From the NCBI RefSeq assembly GCF_009914755.1, contig NC_060928.1: a DNA stretch of 64,000 nucleotides; one strand, given 5' to 3'. Source of the DNA: the human T2T-CHM13v2.0 reference genome, Homo sapiens. The translations under genes were made by a program, and so were the position numbers. Shown here piece by piece: positions 24,806-40,596 of this stretch. The stretch's first letter is position 1. Every line of letters starts with the position of its first letter. A model generated the notes under the pieces. That model had not been told where the DNA came from. It saw only the letters and a list, made by a program, of their open reading frames with translations, and did not search any database.

Positions 24806-25669
24806 TTGAAACACAGGGTCCTTTGGATCATTGGTTATATTATAACAGGCAACATGAAAATAAACACATAGGTAAATATTTACGATACTCCTAAACTCTA
24901 AATGATTCCATCAAATTTCCTGTTCTAGGAAAAATAATCACCAAGACAAAAACAATGAAGAGACAAAGACTACTAATTTTCATGCATAATCTGATGTTAG
25001 ACAGAAAAGAAAAGCTATGAGACTAGGCAATTTCAGAGCACCAAGACAGCTTGTCAGCTGCTTTTATAGTAGAGCACCTCATACAAAATCAACCCAGTGA
25101 GAAGAAAATTGGCATTGCTGCCAAGCAAGCATAAGTAAATAAACACTCTCAAACAGTTACATGATAACAAATAAGATGTCTGAGTGTATAAAAAATTAAA
25201 ACAATTTGAATAAAAATGTACAAAACATGAGAATTAGTAAAATCAGTAGTTTGAAAATATGCAGTGGAAAACGACCTTTCCTAGAATATTAATAAAGACT
25301 GTATAACTTATTATTACATTTTATAGTTTTCAAAAATGTTAAAAACATATACATGGCAGATAACAAAACTGGGAAAGACCTAAATAAATATTAAGTGTAA
25401 CAGTGCTTTTATAAAAATATTCTATCACTAACAAAACTATTGGTCAAATCTGTTGTCAATGTAAAATTAAGAAGACAAATATAACCCAGTAAATAAAACT
25501 TCTATTTGAGTAGTTATGTTGGCATTTTTAATATGAAACACTGTTTCCTCCATAAAGAAAATAAGTTACGTAATCCAGGTTCACAGCTGGGGTGAAGTTT
25601 AACATTGTAAAAATAGTAAAAATAGATATCTTTAAAGAATGCCTGCATATGAAGAATTTCTTAAATTGT

Positions 25670-26038
25670 GATCTCTGTTAACAAACTCTGAGACAGAAAT
25701 TTGCATATTAGAGTTTTGCTGGGAAGTGCCCTTAGGAGTAATACCTGTAAGAGAGTGGAAAAAAAAGAAGTATATACCCAGAGAGAGACGTTTAAACATA
25801 ATACAATTGCAATAAAGGAGCTCCGGATTTAGAGTGGCCCTTCAGACTTGTCCCAAATTACAACAAAGAAGCTGGGATATGTAACTTCTCATTGGTCAGT
25901 TATTAGACACAGGAGGCAGCTACATTCGGATGAAGGTGTGTCTCAGAGACAGGTGCCTCTATGAGCAATCAGCAGTCAACACCAGGAAGTGCCTACTGAA
26001 AAGGCAGATATACATGCTGCCCTACAATATCCATTACT
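25670..26038 (-). mobile_element. LTR16-like ERVL LTR (3' LTR of the provirus to its right)
   Basis: actctgagacagaaatttgcat...gggaagtgcccttaggagtaatacctg...agagtggcccttcagacttgtcccaaatt; junction ccattact|gtcaaccacttg matches an ERVL PPT/LTR boundary on the minus strand. Confidence 0.65.
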
Positions 26039-26116
26039 GTCAACCACTTGTGCCACTCACATTCACTTGCTTTTTAGTATAAGTTCAACCCATGTAGAAT
26101 ATGCTTCTCCAGGACT

Positions 26117-26637
26117 TGTCCAAGAAAAATTGCACCAAACACTTTTTAAAAATGGCAAGGAAGACTACCCAAAACGATTGCAAGGGGAGTTAAGGCTATT
26201 GCCACAGGGGAGAGAAATTCAACTCAACTGAAAGAAAAGAAAAGATTTTCAAATGCTGGTGTGAGCTAGTGCAAAAATATTAGAGGATCTAAGGGGGAAG
26301 ACTAGTCAATGTGATTAGGCTATCTGTATATATTAATTGTCTTTTATCAAAGTTAGGCTCCTACCTACTCATAGAAACTGAGAGACAGAGGTCTTATCTT
26401 TCTTGATGATTACATTTCAAAGAGATGGATCCCAGATTTTTGAGAAAGAACTTCCTGGGTGGTAAAAATGGCAAGAAGCTGAGAAAATATTTACACTCAC
26501 AGGGGCAGAGAAATAATTTGCAATTTTAAGTTTTTTAAAGTAAATACTGTAAAAAAGGAGGCCAGGGGCCTGTAGTCAAGAAGAAGCCTGTCTAAATTTC
26601 AGTCAAGCTGAAGGGAAGATTCAGGCCATACTGGTCA
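26117..26637 (-). mobile_element. MER31-like ERV1 solo LTR
   Basis: TG...CA termini, exact 4-bp TSD gact, internal gatgattacatttcaaagagatgg and aaagtaaatact motifs. Confidence 0.75.
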
Positions 26638-27031
26638 GACTGTAGTTAGCAGATTGGTTTAGAAAAAAACTCCAAGTATAAGGTTAGTGTCCCAAAACAT
26701 CAATCCTGTACACAATGCACATACTGGCCACTTTTTATCAAGATTAGGTAGGGAGTAATAAAAGATATCCCCAAGTAGACTACCTGAGGCCAAACATTTT
26801 ATTTCCTGCATTCTTTGCAAAAACCCAGCATTGTCTCCTCGTGATCATGAGTGCCAATTAGCTCTGTCGGGATGGTGAGTCTTTTTTTTTTTTTGCCTAG
26901 TGTTCTCTTGATATGAGGAACTCAAAGTAATTTGGTGGCAGGTAGAGCTTAAAGTTGAGATTTTTATCCCATGTTGGAAGAGCTTCTCCCAGAAGAACCT
27001 GGATCTATCCACACATAGAGTCTAAATTTCT

Positions 27032-28879
<1,848 letters not shown>

Positions 28880-28960
28880 TTATGCTTATTATAGGAAGGT
28901 GGGAAAGATTGATAAGAAGAGCCATTCCTATGATATGCTTGGTTTCTGAACCAATGTATT

Positions 28961-29057
28961 CTTTTTTTTTTTTTTTTCCTTAAGACAGAGTCTCACTCTG
29001 TCACCCAGGCTAGAGTGCAGTGGCACAATCTCTGCTGACAGCAACCTCTGGCCTCCC
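28961..29057 (-). mobile_element. 5'-truncated Alu (3' ~80 bp plus tail)
   Basis: Poly(T), agacagagtctcactctgtcacccaggc; exact TSD aaccaatgtatt at 28949-28960 and 29064-29075. Confidence 0.9.
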
Positions 29058-29211
29058 ATACTTAACCAATGTATTTTGTATATTGGGTACATAGTACCAC
29101 ATAATGATTATTAATTTAAAGTATATATGCATCTTGTGAACTTATACAACATTCTTGCAGACTAGAATTCAGGAAGATACAACATTGTTAAGTATTCAAA
29201 AAGTGATTTGC

Positions 29212-29500
<289 letters not shown>

Positions 29501-32500
29501 AGCTTTTTTATAACTTTATTAGGCTGGTAATACATTGTACTCTAAATGATAGGTTTGGTAGATCCTACAGCCATGTTTTCACTGCTATAGCTCCTTCTGT
29601 GTAGAGTGAGTATCTTGTTCCAAGATAATTTTATGTGTGATTCTACATTGGTGGATCATGCCTCTGTAAGTATTCAGATAGATGTTCTGATCAAGACTCT
29701 AAGGACAGGAAATGAAAACCTATATATGGAACATGTGCAGATATTAAACAACATTAATCTTTATCCCTTTCAGAATAAGAAGTCATTCATGTATTTAAAT
29801 TGTCAATTAGTTAATAGTTTGTCTCTTTGAGGAATAAATGTGTATTGGAGTCAACACTGATCTCTTTTTCTGAAAATGTGGAAATTCAGCAATAGCAGAA
29901 AGCTAGGTTAGCCTTTGTGACTGAGACCATGTCATTGTACCCATCTCTTGCTTCTATCCCTGCCATTATTGCTACTCTGTTCTTGTAACCACTGTGCAAA
30001 TAATAGAGTGACCAATAACAATTGTGGATGGAATCACCTGGCCACATATTTCTGTCTACATGGTTATTTTGGGGGTTACCCATAATAGATGTTCACCTAT
30101 GGGCATTAAAGTGCAATACAAAGTTCATCACATTTACATCTCCTCCTGTAAACACATCCTCCTGAGATATCAGTATCTCAGAACTGAATCTTTTAATCAT
30201 TTTTGTATTTTTTATTTCAGGCTCCAGACCAAACAGCCAAATCATTTTTCTACTGCATATATAAGCCTGTGTATATATTTCTTGGTAGATTAGAGGCTTT
30301 ATTACTGCATCTCATCCACTTGGAAAGAGAAAAATAGAGTGTAGCAATTGATAATGTGAACTTTCATCCAAGAGGGAACCTCGGAGTTCAATATAAAAGT
30401 GAAAGAAACTTCAGATGTTTGAAAAATAAGGTGGGCAGCATCCAGTGTGGCAGGTTCAGTGGAAAACTTGGAGTTTAAGAGGAAAAGAGTGTGTCTGCAT
30501 GATACATATTTGCACAGGGAACCAGACAATCCAGGCCATGGTGGAAAACCTTGACTGTACCAAGCCCTGGCTCTGACTTGGAGAACACTTGGAAGACTGT
30601 GAAAACGAATGGCAGCAGGAAGTGGTTGGTGCACACTCCCAGACCCCAGCACCAATAAAAACCCCTTCCTTATCCTAACTCACAGTGAGGCACAGGGTAA
30701 CCTGCCAGCCAGCATAGGAGACAGTCACTGGTTTAGAGAGTCATGAGATTAGGATTTGTGATATAGTCTCAAGTAGGCAAGAAGCTCCCACAGCCAAACT
30801 GAGAGGCAAGTATGACATGGAGGCCAGTCATGGGCATCAGAGTTGGATGCAACCCCCTGCCTTTTCAGGACTAAATCAGGAGGGATTTGGCACTAAAGCC
30901 ATGGTTCCAACCCAGCAGCAAATTTTATAGCCTGGAGTGGTGTAGTAGTTTGAAGACAAACTGTTTGTGACCAGCTGGCTGTCCCAATTTTCTGCCACAG
31001 AAGAGAGCACTGGTGGATCAAGTGCATGAGAGTAATACAGGTCCCACTATGACCTGCTAGGCTGTGGAGTGCATGTTTCCCCTCTTTCTCTGTGCTATCT
31101 CTTTGGCACAGCAATGGTTGCTTTACTCGTCCATGGAGCATTGCTCCATGGGTCTGAGAACTGCCTTCTAGCTCCTATCAATGCTGGCACTTGCACCTGA
31201 CACTGGGGGCTCAAGTACAGGCTTGTCCATTCTAGCTCTGCCTGGCTTTGCTCCCTCTCCTACCCTGGAGGCAGAACACAAGACTGGGACCACAGAGAGT
31301 TTCAATGCCAAGCCTGTCACCTGGAACACCCAAGTACTTCTACTGGTTAAAAAGAAGTAATTCAAGCCTAAGCCCTACTGCCACCACCACAGCTGGCTCT
31401 CATTTGCAAGTGCTAATTACTGGCCTGGAGATTGACTTGCATAGACCATTTGCTGATCTTATACAGCACTCAGGAGGGATACAAACTTTATGAGACCTCT
31501 GCTACCACCATTGCCCAAATCACCTTGGCTACCTAGAAGGCCTTGAACATGGTACTTGCCTGGTATATACATTGCCATTACAAGTGGCATTTGAGAAAGC
31601 CACCTTACTAAGGCTGTTTATAACCAAAGAAATCAAACAGAGTCTATGCCACTGAACACACCTAGAAGCAAAGCCAAATGACCCTATTCAACATACATTA
31701 TAGACACATTTTCAGGGAAAAATAAAAGTTCTACCCCAACAAAAGTAAATTTAAACATAAGAAAAAGCAACTGTTAACTCCAGATGTAAGGAAATCAGTG
31801 CAATAATACTGGAAGTAAGAAAAATGAGGTACTATGACACTCCCAGAGGAACACAGTAATTCTTAGCAATCAAGCCAAATAAAGGAAATCATCAAAATGT
31901 AGAAAAAAATTTAAAATACTAATTTTTAAGAAGCTCAATAAGATAGACAATCTGAAAATGAATACAAATAAAGCAGAAAATTTATTTGAGATATGAATGA
32001 GAAATTCACCAGAGATAATCTTAAAAAAAACAGAAAGTTTGGAAATTAAATACATATTGACAAGATGACAAAATACACTTGAAAACTTCAAAAACAGACT
32101 AGACTAAGCAGAAGTTAAAATCTCAGAAGTTGAACATGGGAAAAACATACCAAAATCAGCAATAGAAAAGCTTTAATTCACCTGTAAGGTAAACTCTATA
32201 AAACTAACAGTGCACTTCTCACAAAATAAACTTTAATAGCCAGAAGAGATTGGGATTCTATTTTCAAAAGACCTAAAGAAATAAAGTGAAATCCATGAAC
32301 TTTGTATCAGGCTGCAATAAGCTCCATAAATGAAGGAGAAATGAAGTTGTTTTTTTTTATTTTTCAGGGAACCAAATGCTGAGAAAATTCATCACCACTA
32401 GACCAGCCCTACAAGAAATGCTCTGAATAGTCCTAAACATGAATATGAAAGGTTGATACTTGTCATAATAAAAAAAAAGTATAAAACTTACAGATAATAC

Positions 32501-33485
32501 AAAACAATTACTCAGAGGAAGGGAAAAAAACCAAATGGCAACATGATAGAATTCCACTAATCCACAAAGACAGAGAAAAAACAAATGAAAATAAAGAATA
32601 TACAAAGCAGAGAGCTAATAATAGAATAACAGAAACAAAACCTCATATGTCAATATTAAACTTGAAAATAAATGTATTAAATGCTCCACTTAAAATGTAT
32701 AGATTAGCAAAATAGATTTTTTTAAAATGAATAAACTTTATGCTACTTAAAAGAAATTCACCTTGCTAGTAAAGACACATATTGGAGATGAAGGGGTGGA
32801 AAACGATATTCCACATAAACTGAAACTAAAAGCAGGCAGAAGTAGCTATATTTGTATCATACAAAACAGAATTTAAATCAGAAGCAGCAATAAAAGACAA
32901 AGAAGACCATAATATAATGAAAATGGATAAATTCAACAAGAAAATATAATAATTCTAAAATATGCGCACCCAACACTGGAACACTCATACTCATAAAACA
33001 AACATTGCTAGACCTAAAGCAAGGATAGATAGCAACACAATAATAGTGGGGGATTTCAACCCCAGACATCATAGACACAGAAAATCAACAAAAGAAACTG
33101 AAACTAAATTGGACTTTGAACCAAATGGACTTAACAGATATTCAACAGCTGCAGAAAACACATTCTCCTCATCAGCCCGTGGAACATACTTCAAGATAAA
33201 CCATATGTTAGACCAAAAAATAAGTATCCATAAATTTTAAAAAATCAAAATTATTCCAAATATTTTTTTCAGATCCCAAGGAAATAAAACATAATTAATT
33301 CCAAGAGGAACTGTCGAAACTATACAAATAAGTGGAAATGAAACAACATGCTCTTACTCCTGAACAATCTGTGGGTCAAAGGCAAAATTAAGACATCAAT
33401 TTTAAAAATATTTTAAACAAATGAAAATGGAATTACAGCATACCAAAACTTCTGGGTTATAGCAAAATTAGTGCTAAGAGGAAAC

Positions 33486-33705
33486 TGTTTTAAATTTGTA
33501 TTTTCCTATTCTGGGAAAACTTTATTGGTATTTTGGTAAGAATTGCATTGAATCTGTAGATTGTTTTTCAGTAGTATGATCATCTTAATAATATTGATTC
33601 TTCCATTCCCTGGGCATGGGATATTTCTTCATATGTTTGTATCATCTGTAATTTCTTTCATCAGGATTTTGTAGTTTTCCTTGTAAAGATCTTTTTCCTC
33701 CTTAA
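33486..33705 (-). mobile_element. Inverted internal L1 ORF2 fragment inside the L1PB4-like element
   Basis: aattgcattgaatctgtagattg...atattgattcttcc...tttgtagttttccttgtaaagatcttt is antisense ORF2; host ORF2 reads gtgctaagaggaaa before and aatgtctgtatcaaaag after. Confidence 0.85.
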
Positions 33706-34634
33706 TAATGTCTGTATCAAAAGAATAGATCACAAATTAAAACCTATTGAAACTCAAACAACTATAAAAACAAGAACAAACTAAATCCAAAGTTAGCAGA
33801 AGAAAATAAGTAACAAAGAGCCAAACTAAATAAAATTGGAAAGGAAAGAATAATACAAAGGATCAGTGTAATTAAAAGTTAGTTCTTTGAAAGGATAAAT
33901 AAAATTGATAGACCACTAGCTAGACAAACCAAGGAAACAAGAGAGACTATCCAAATAAACATAATCAGAAATAAAAAGGAGACATTACAACTGATACAAT
34001 AGAAATACAAAAAAAATCAGAAACTAGGAACAATATAACCACAAACTAGAAAACGTATGGGAAGTAAATAAATTCCTGGAAACACACAATCTTCTAAGAT
34101 TGAACCAGGAAGAAATAAAAATTCCGAACAGGTGAATAATAAGTAATGAAATTGAATCAGTCATAAAAGGTCTCAAAACAACAACAAAAGCCCAGGGCTA
34201 GATGAATTCACAGCTGAATTTCAACCAGTTTACAAAGAATTGGTTCCAAGTCTCCTCAAACGGTTCCCAAAAATCAAAAAGGAGAGAATCTTCCCTAACT
34301 CATTCTACAATGCCAGCATCAACCTAAGACCACAGCCAGACAATGACATGACAGAAAAAAACAAAACTGTAGATCATTATCCCTGGTAAACATCTATGCA
34401 AAAATTATAAACAAAATACTAACAAACCAAATCCAACAACACATCAAAGAGATAATACATGATAATCAAGTGGATTTTGTTAAAAGGATGCTATGATGGT
34501 TTAACATACATAAATCAATAAATTTGATTTGCTACCTACACACAACTAAAAACAAAAACATATGATCATATCAATAGATGCAGAAAAAGCATCTGATAAA
34601 AATTCAGCATAGCTTCAGATAAAAACCATCAATA

Positions 34635-34983
34635 GGCTGGGTATGCTGGCTCACACCTGTAGTCCTGTTATTTTTGAAGACCTAAGTGGGTGAATTGCTT
34701 TAGCCCAAGAGTTTGAGACCAGCCTGGACAACATGGCAAAACCTTGTCTTCACAAAACATACAAAACTTATCTGGGTGTGGTGGTGTGCACCTATAATCC
34801 CAACTACTCATAAGGCTGAAGTGAGAGGATTACTTGAACCCAGGAGGTTGAGGCTCAAGTGAGCTGTGATTGCATCACTGCACTCCAGCCTGGATGGTAG
34901 AGCAAGACCCTGTTAAAAAAAAAAAAGAAAAAGAAAAAAGAACAACAACGAAAACAAAAAACAAACAAAACAAAACAAAAAAA
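34635..34983 (+). mobile_element. AluJ inserted into L1PB4 ORF2, long (AAAAC)n tail
   Basis: Alu body; TSD aaaaacc(tc)atcaata on both sides. Confidence 0.9.
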
Positions 34984-35705
34984 CCTCATCAATAAACAAG
35001 GCATTGAAGGAACATATGCCAAAATCATAAAATCCATATATGACAAACCCACAGCCAACATCTTACTGAATAGAGAAAAGCTGAACACATTTCCTCTAAC
35101 AACTGAAACATGAAAAAATGCCACTTTCACCACTCTTATTCAAATAGTACTGGAATTCCTAGTCAGAGCAATGAGGCAAAAGAGACAAATAAAAGGCACC
35201 CAAACTGTAAAAGAGGAAATCAAATTATTTCTGTTTGCTTCTGATATGACCTTAAATCTAAGAAACCCTAAAGACTCCTCCAGATTCTCCAAGCACAGCA
35301 CTTGAGCTCTGCTAAGCGACAGTCTGACTCCTCAAGTGGGTCCCTGACCCCTGAGCCTCCTGACTGGGAGAGAGCTCCCAGCAGGGGTTGAGAGACACCT
35401 CATACAGGAGAACTCCGGCTGGCATCAGGTCAGCATCCCTCTGGGATGAAGTTTCCAGAGGAAGGAGCAGAGCAGGCAGCAATCTTTGCTGTTCTGCAGC
35501 CTCTGCTGTTGATACACAGGCAAACAGGCTCTGGAGTGGACCTCCAGCAAACTGAAGCAGAGCTGCAGAAGAGGTGCCTGACTGTTAGAAGAAAAACTAA
35601 GAAACAGAAAGCAATAACATCAATATCAACAACAGGGACCCCCACACAAAAACCCCATCTAAAGGTCATCAGCCTCAAACATCAATGGTAGATAAATCCA
35701 TAAAG

Positions 35706-36714
35706 ATGAGGAAAAACCAGTGCAATAATGCTGAAAATTCCAAAAACCAGAATGCCTCTTTTCCTCCAAATGATCACAACTCCTCTCCAGCAAGGGCACA
35801 AAACTGGATGTAGAATGAGTTTGATGAATTGACAGAAGTAGGCTTCAGAAGTTGGGTAATAACAAACTCCTCTGAGCTAAAGGAGCATGTTCTAACCCAA
35901 AGTAAGGTAGCTAAGAACCTTGATAAAAGGTTAAAGTAACTGCTAACTAAAACAACCAGTTTAGAGAAGAACATAAACGATCTGATGGAGCTGAAAAACA
36001 CAGCACAAGAACTTTGTGAAGCAAACACAAGTATCAGTAGCCGAATCGATCAAGTGGAAGAAAGGATATCAGAGATTGAAGATCAACTTACTGAAATAAG
36101 GCGTGAAGATCAGAGAAGAAAAGAATGAAAAGGAACAAACAAAGCCTCCAAGAAATAAGGGACTAAGTGAAAAAACCAAATCTATGATTGATTGGTGGAC
36201 CTGAAAGTGATGGGCAGAATACAAACAAGTTGGAAAACACACTTCAGAATATTATCTGGGAGAACTTCCTCAACTAGAAAGTTGAGGCCAACATTAAAAT
36301 TAAGGAAATACAGAGATACTCCTTGAGAAGAGCAACCCCAAGACACGTAATCATCACATTATCCAAGGTTGAAACGAAGGAAAAAATGTTAAGGGCAGCC
36401 AGAGAGAAAGGTCAGGTTACCTACAAAGAGAAGCCCATCATACTAACAGCAGATCTCTCTGCAGAAACCCTGCAAGCCAGAAGAGTGTGGGGGGCCAATA
36501 TTCAACATTCTTAAAGAAAAAAGTTTTCAACCCAGAATTTCATATCCAGCCAAACTAATCTTCATAAGTGAAGGAGAAATACAATTATTTCCAGACAAGC
36601 AATGTTGAGGGATTTTGTCACCACCAGACCTGCCTTACAAGAGTTCTTGAAGGAAGCACTAAATATGGAAAGGAAAAAGCAGTACTAGCCACTGCAAAAA
36701 CACAGCAAAATATA
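35706..36714 (+). pseudogene. Disrupted L1 ORF1p (RNA-binding protein)
   Basis: atgaggaaaaaccag start; peptide RRATPRHVIITLSKVETKEKMLRAAREKGQVTYK; in-frame stops and frameshifts. Confidence 0.9.
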
Positions 36715-36778
36715 AAGATCAATGACACTGTGGAGAAACTGCATCAACTAATGTGGAAAATAACCAGCTAGCATCATG

Positions 36779-39700
36779 ATGACAGGATTAAATTCACACA
36801 TAACAATAATTACCTTAAATGTAAATGGGCTAAATGCCTCAGTGAAAAGACACAGACTGGCAAATTGGATAAAAAGTCAAGCTCCCATCAGGGTGTATTC
36901 AGGAGACCCATCTCATGTGCAAAGACATGCATAGGCTCAAAGTAAAGGAAAGGAGGAATATTTACCAAGCAAATCAAAAAAAAAAAGCAAGAAAATATCA
37001 GAGATTGCAACTTTAGTCCTGATAAAACAGATTTTAAGCCACAAAGATTAAAAAAAGAGACAGAGAAGGGCATTACATAATAGTAAAGGGATCAATGCAA
37101 TAAGAAGAGCTAAGTATTCTAAATATATATGCAGCCAATACAGGAGCACCCAGATTCATAAAACAAGTCCTTAGGGACCTACAAAGAGACTTAGACTCCC
37201 ACACAATAATAGTGGGAGTCTTTAACACCCCACTGCCAATATTAGAGAGATCAACAAGACAGAAAATTAACAAGGATATTCAGGACTTGAACTCAGCTCT
37301 GGACCAAGTGGACCTAACAGATATCTACAGATCTCTCAACACCAAATCAACAGAATATATATTCTTCTTAGCACCACATAGCACTTATTCTAAAATCAAC
37401 CACATAATTGGAAATAAAACACTCCTCAGCAAATGCAAAAGAACCGAAATCATAACAAACAGTCTCTCAGACCACAGTGCAATCAAAATAGAACTCAGGA
37501 TTAAGAGACTCACTCAAAACCGCACAACTACACAGAAACTGAACAACCTGCTCCTGAATGACTACTGGGTAAATAATAAAATTAAAGCCGAAATAAAGAA
37601 GTTCTTTGAAATCAATGAGAACAAAGAGATAATGTATCAGAATATCTGGGACACAGCTAGACCGGTGTTAAGAGGGAAATTTATAGCAGTAAGTGCCCAC
37701 ATCAGAAAGTGGGAAAGATCTAAAATTGACACCCTAATGTCACAAACAAAACAACTAGAGAAGCAAGAGCAAACAAATTCAAAAGATCACAGACGACAAG
37801 AAATAACTAGATCAGAGAAGAACTGAAGGAGATAGAGACAAAACACAACCTTTCAAAAAAACCAATGAATCCAGGAGCTGTTTATTTTTTAAAAAAAGAT
37901 TAACAAAATAGATAGACTGCTAGCCAGAATAATAAAGAAGAAAAGAGAGAAGAATCAAATAGACACAATAAAAAAGATAGAAGTGATATCACTACTGATC
38001 TCACAGAAATACAAACTACCATCAGCGAGTACTATAAACACTTCTATGGAAATAAACTAGAAAATCTAGAAGAAATGGATACATTTCTGGATGCATACAC
38101 GCTCCCAAGACTAAACCAGGAAGAACTTGAATCCCCGAATAGATCAATAGCAAGTTCTGAAATTTAGGCAGTAACTAATAGCCTACCAACCAAAAAAAAA
38201 AAAAAAAAAATGCTTAGGACCAGATGGATTCACAGCCTAGTTGTCCTAGATGTACAAAGAGGAGCTGGTATTATTTCCTCTGAAACTATTCCAAACAACA
38301 GAAAAAGAAGGACTCCTCCATAACTCATTTTGTGATGTCAGCATCTTTCTAATACCATAACCTGGGAGAGACCCAACAAAAAAGAAAATTTCAGGCTAAG
38401 ATCCCCGATGAACATCGATGCAAAAATCCTCAATAAAATACTGGCAAACCGAATCCAGTGGCACATCAAAAAGCTTATCCACCACGATCAAGTCAGCATC
38501 ATCTCTGGGATGCAAGACTCGTTCAACATAAGGCAAATCAATAAATGTAATCCATTACATAAACAGAACCAATGATAAAAATCACATGATTATCTCAACA
38601 GATGCCAGAAAACCCTTTGATCAAATTCCTTCATGCTAAAAACTCTCAATAAACTAGGTATTGATGGAACATATCTCAAAATAATAAGAGCCACTTATGA
38701 AAAACCCATAGAAAATATCATACTGAATGGGCAAAAGCTGGAAGCATTCCCTTTGAAAGCCGGCACAAGACAAGAATGTCCTCTCTCAACACTTCTATTC
38801 AACAGGATTAGAAGTTTTGGCCAGGGCAATCAGGAAAGAGAAAGAAATAAAGGATATTCAAATAGGAAGTGAAGAAGTCAAATTGTCTCTGTTTGCAGAT
38901 GACATGAGTGTATATTTAGAACCATTATCTTAGCCCAAAAACTCCTTAAGCTGATACGCAACTTTAGCAAAGTCTCAGGATACAAAATCAATGTGCAAAA
39001 TTCACAAGCATTCCTATACACCAATAATAGATAAGCAGAGAGCCAAATCATGAGTGAATTTCCATTCACAATTGCTACAAAGAAAATAAAATACCTAGGA
39101 ATACAACTTACAAGGGATATGAAGGACCTCTTTAAGGAGAACTACAAACCACTGCTCAAGGAAATAAGAGAGGACATAAACAAATGGAAAACACTCCATG
39201 CTCATGGATAGGAAGAATCAATATCGTGGAAATGGCCATACTGCCCAAAGTAATTTATGAATTCAATAGTATTCCCATCAAGCTACAATTGACATTCTTC
39301 ACAGAATTAAAAAAAAAAAACTAGATTAAATTTCATATGGAACTAAAAAAAAGCCTGTCTAGACAAGATAATCCAAAGCAAAAAGAACAAAGCTGGAGGC
39401 ATCACACTACCTTACTTTAAACTATACTACAAGGCTACAGTAACCAAAACAGCATGGTACTTGCACCAAAACAGATATATAGACCAATGGAACAGAACAG
39501 AGTTCTCAGAAATAACACCACACATCTACAAGCACTGATCTTCAACAACCCTGACAAAAACAAGCAATGGGGAAAGGAATCACTATTTAATAAATGGGGC
39601 TGAGAAAACTGTCTAGCCCTATGCAGAAAACAGGAACTGGACCCCTTCCTTACACCCTATACAAAAATTAACTCACGATGGATTAAAGACTTAAATGTAA

Positions 39701-40596
39701 AACCTAAAGCCATAAAAACCCTAGAAGAAAACCTAGGTAATACCATTCAGGACATAGGCATGGACAAAGACTTCATGATTAAACACCAAAGCAATGGCAA
39801 CAAAAGCCAAAATTGACAAATGGGATCTAATTAAACAAAATAACCTCTGCTCAGTAAAAGAAACTCTCATAAGAGTGAACAGGAAACCTAAAGAATGGGA
39901 GAAAATTTTTGCAATCTATCCACCTGACAAAGGTCTAATATCCAGAATTTGCAAGGAACTTAAACAAATTTACAAGAAAAAACAAACAAACCCATTAAAA
40001 AGTGGGCAAAGAATATGAACAGAGAGTTTTCAAAAGACATTTATACGGCCAACAAACATATGAAAAAAATGTCATAATCACTGGTCATTAGAGAAATGCA
40101 AATCAAAACCACAATGAGATATCATCTCACACCAGTTAGAATGACAATCATTAAAAAGTCAAGAAACAACAGATGCTGGTGAGCTCTGGAGAAATAGGAA
40201 CACTTTTACACTGTTGGTGGGAGTGTGAATTAGTTCAACCTTTGTGGAAGACAGTGTGGTGATTCCTCAAGGATCTAGAACTAGAAATATCATTTGACCC
40301 AGCATATACCCAAAGGATTATAAATCATTCTACTCTAAAGACACATGCACATGTATGTTTATTGCAACACTGTTCACAATAGTAAAGACATGGAACCAAC
40401 CCAAATGCCCATCAATGATAGACTGGATAAAGAAAATGTGGCCCATATACAACATGGAATACTATACAGCTGTAAAAAGTATGAGTTTATGTCCTTTTCA
40501 GGGACATGGATAAAGCTGGAAACCATCATTCTCAGCAAACTAACACAGGAACAGAAAACCAAACACTGCATGTTCTCACTCATAAATGGGAGTTGA
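36779..40596 (+). pseudogene. Disrupted L1 ORF2p (endonuclease/reverse transcriptase)
   Basis: atgacaggattaaattc start; peptides [34 protein letters not shown] codons near 38890-38903, C-terminal KHCMFSLINGS; longest open piece 204 aa. Confidence 0.92.

Noticed and set aside
35430-35678. Antisense 82-aa ORF in the L1 5' UTR as L1 ORF0
   Set aside because: ORF0 lies in the first ~450 nt of young L1 5' UTRs; this element starts downstream of that region, and the ORF is ordinary antisense UTR translation.
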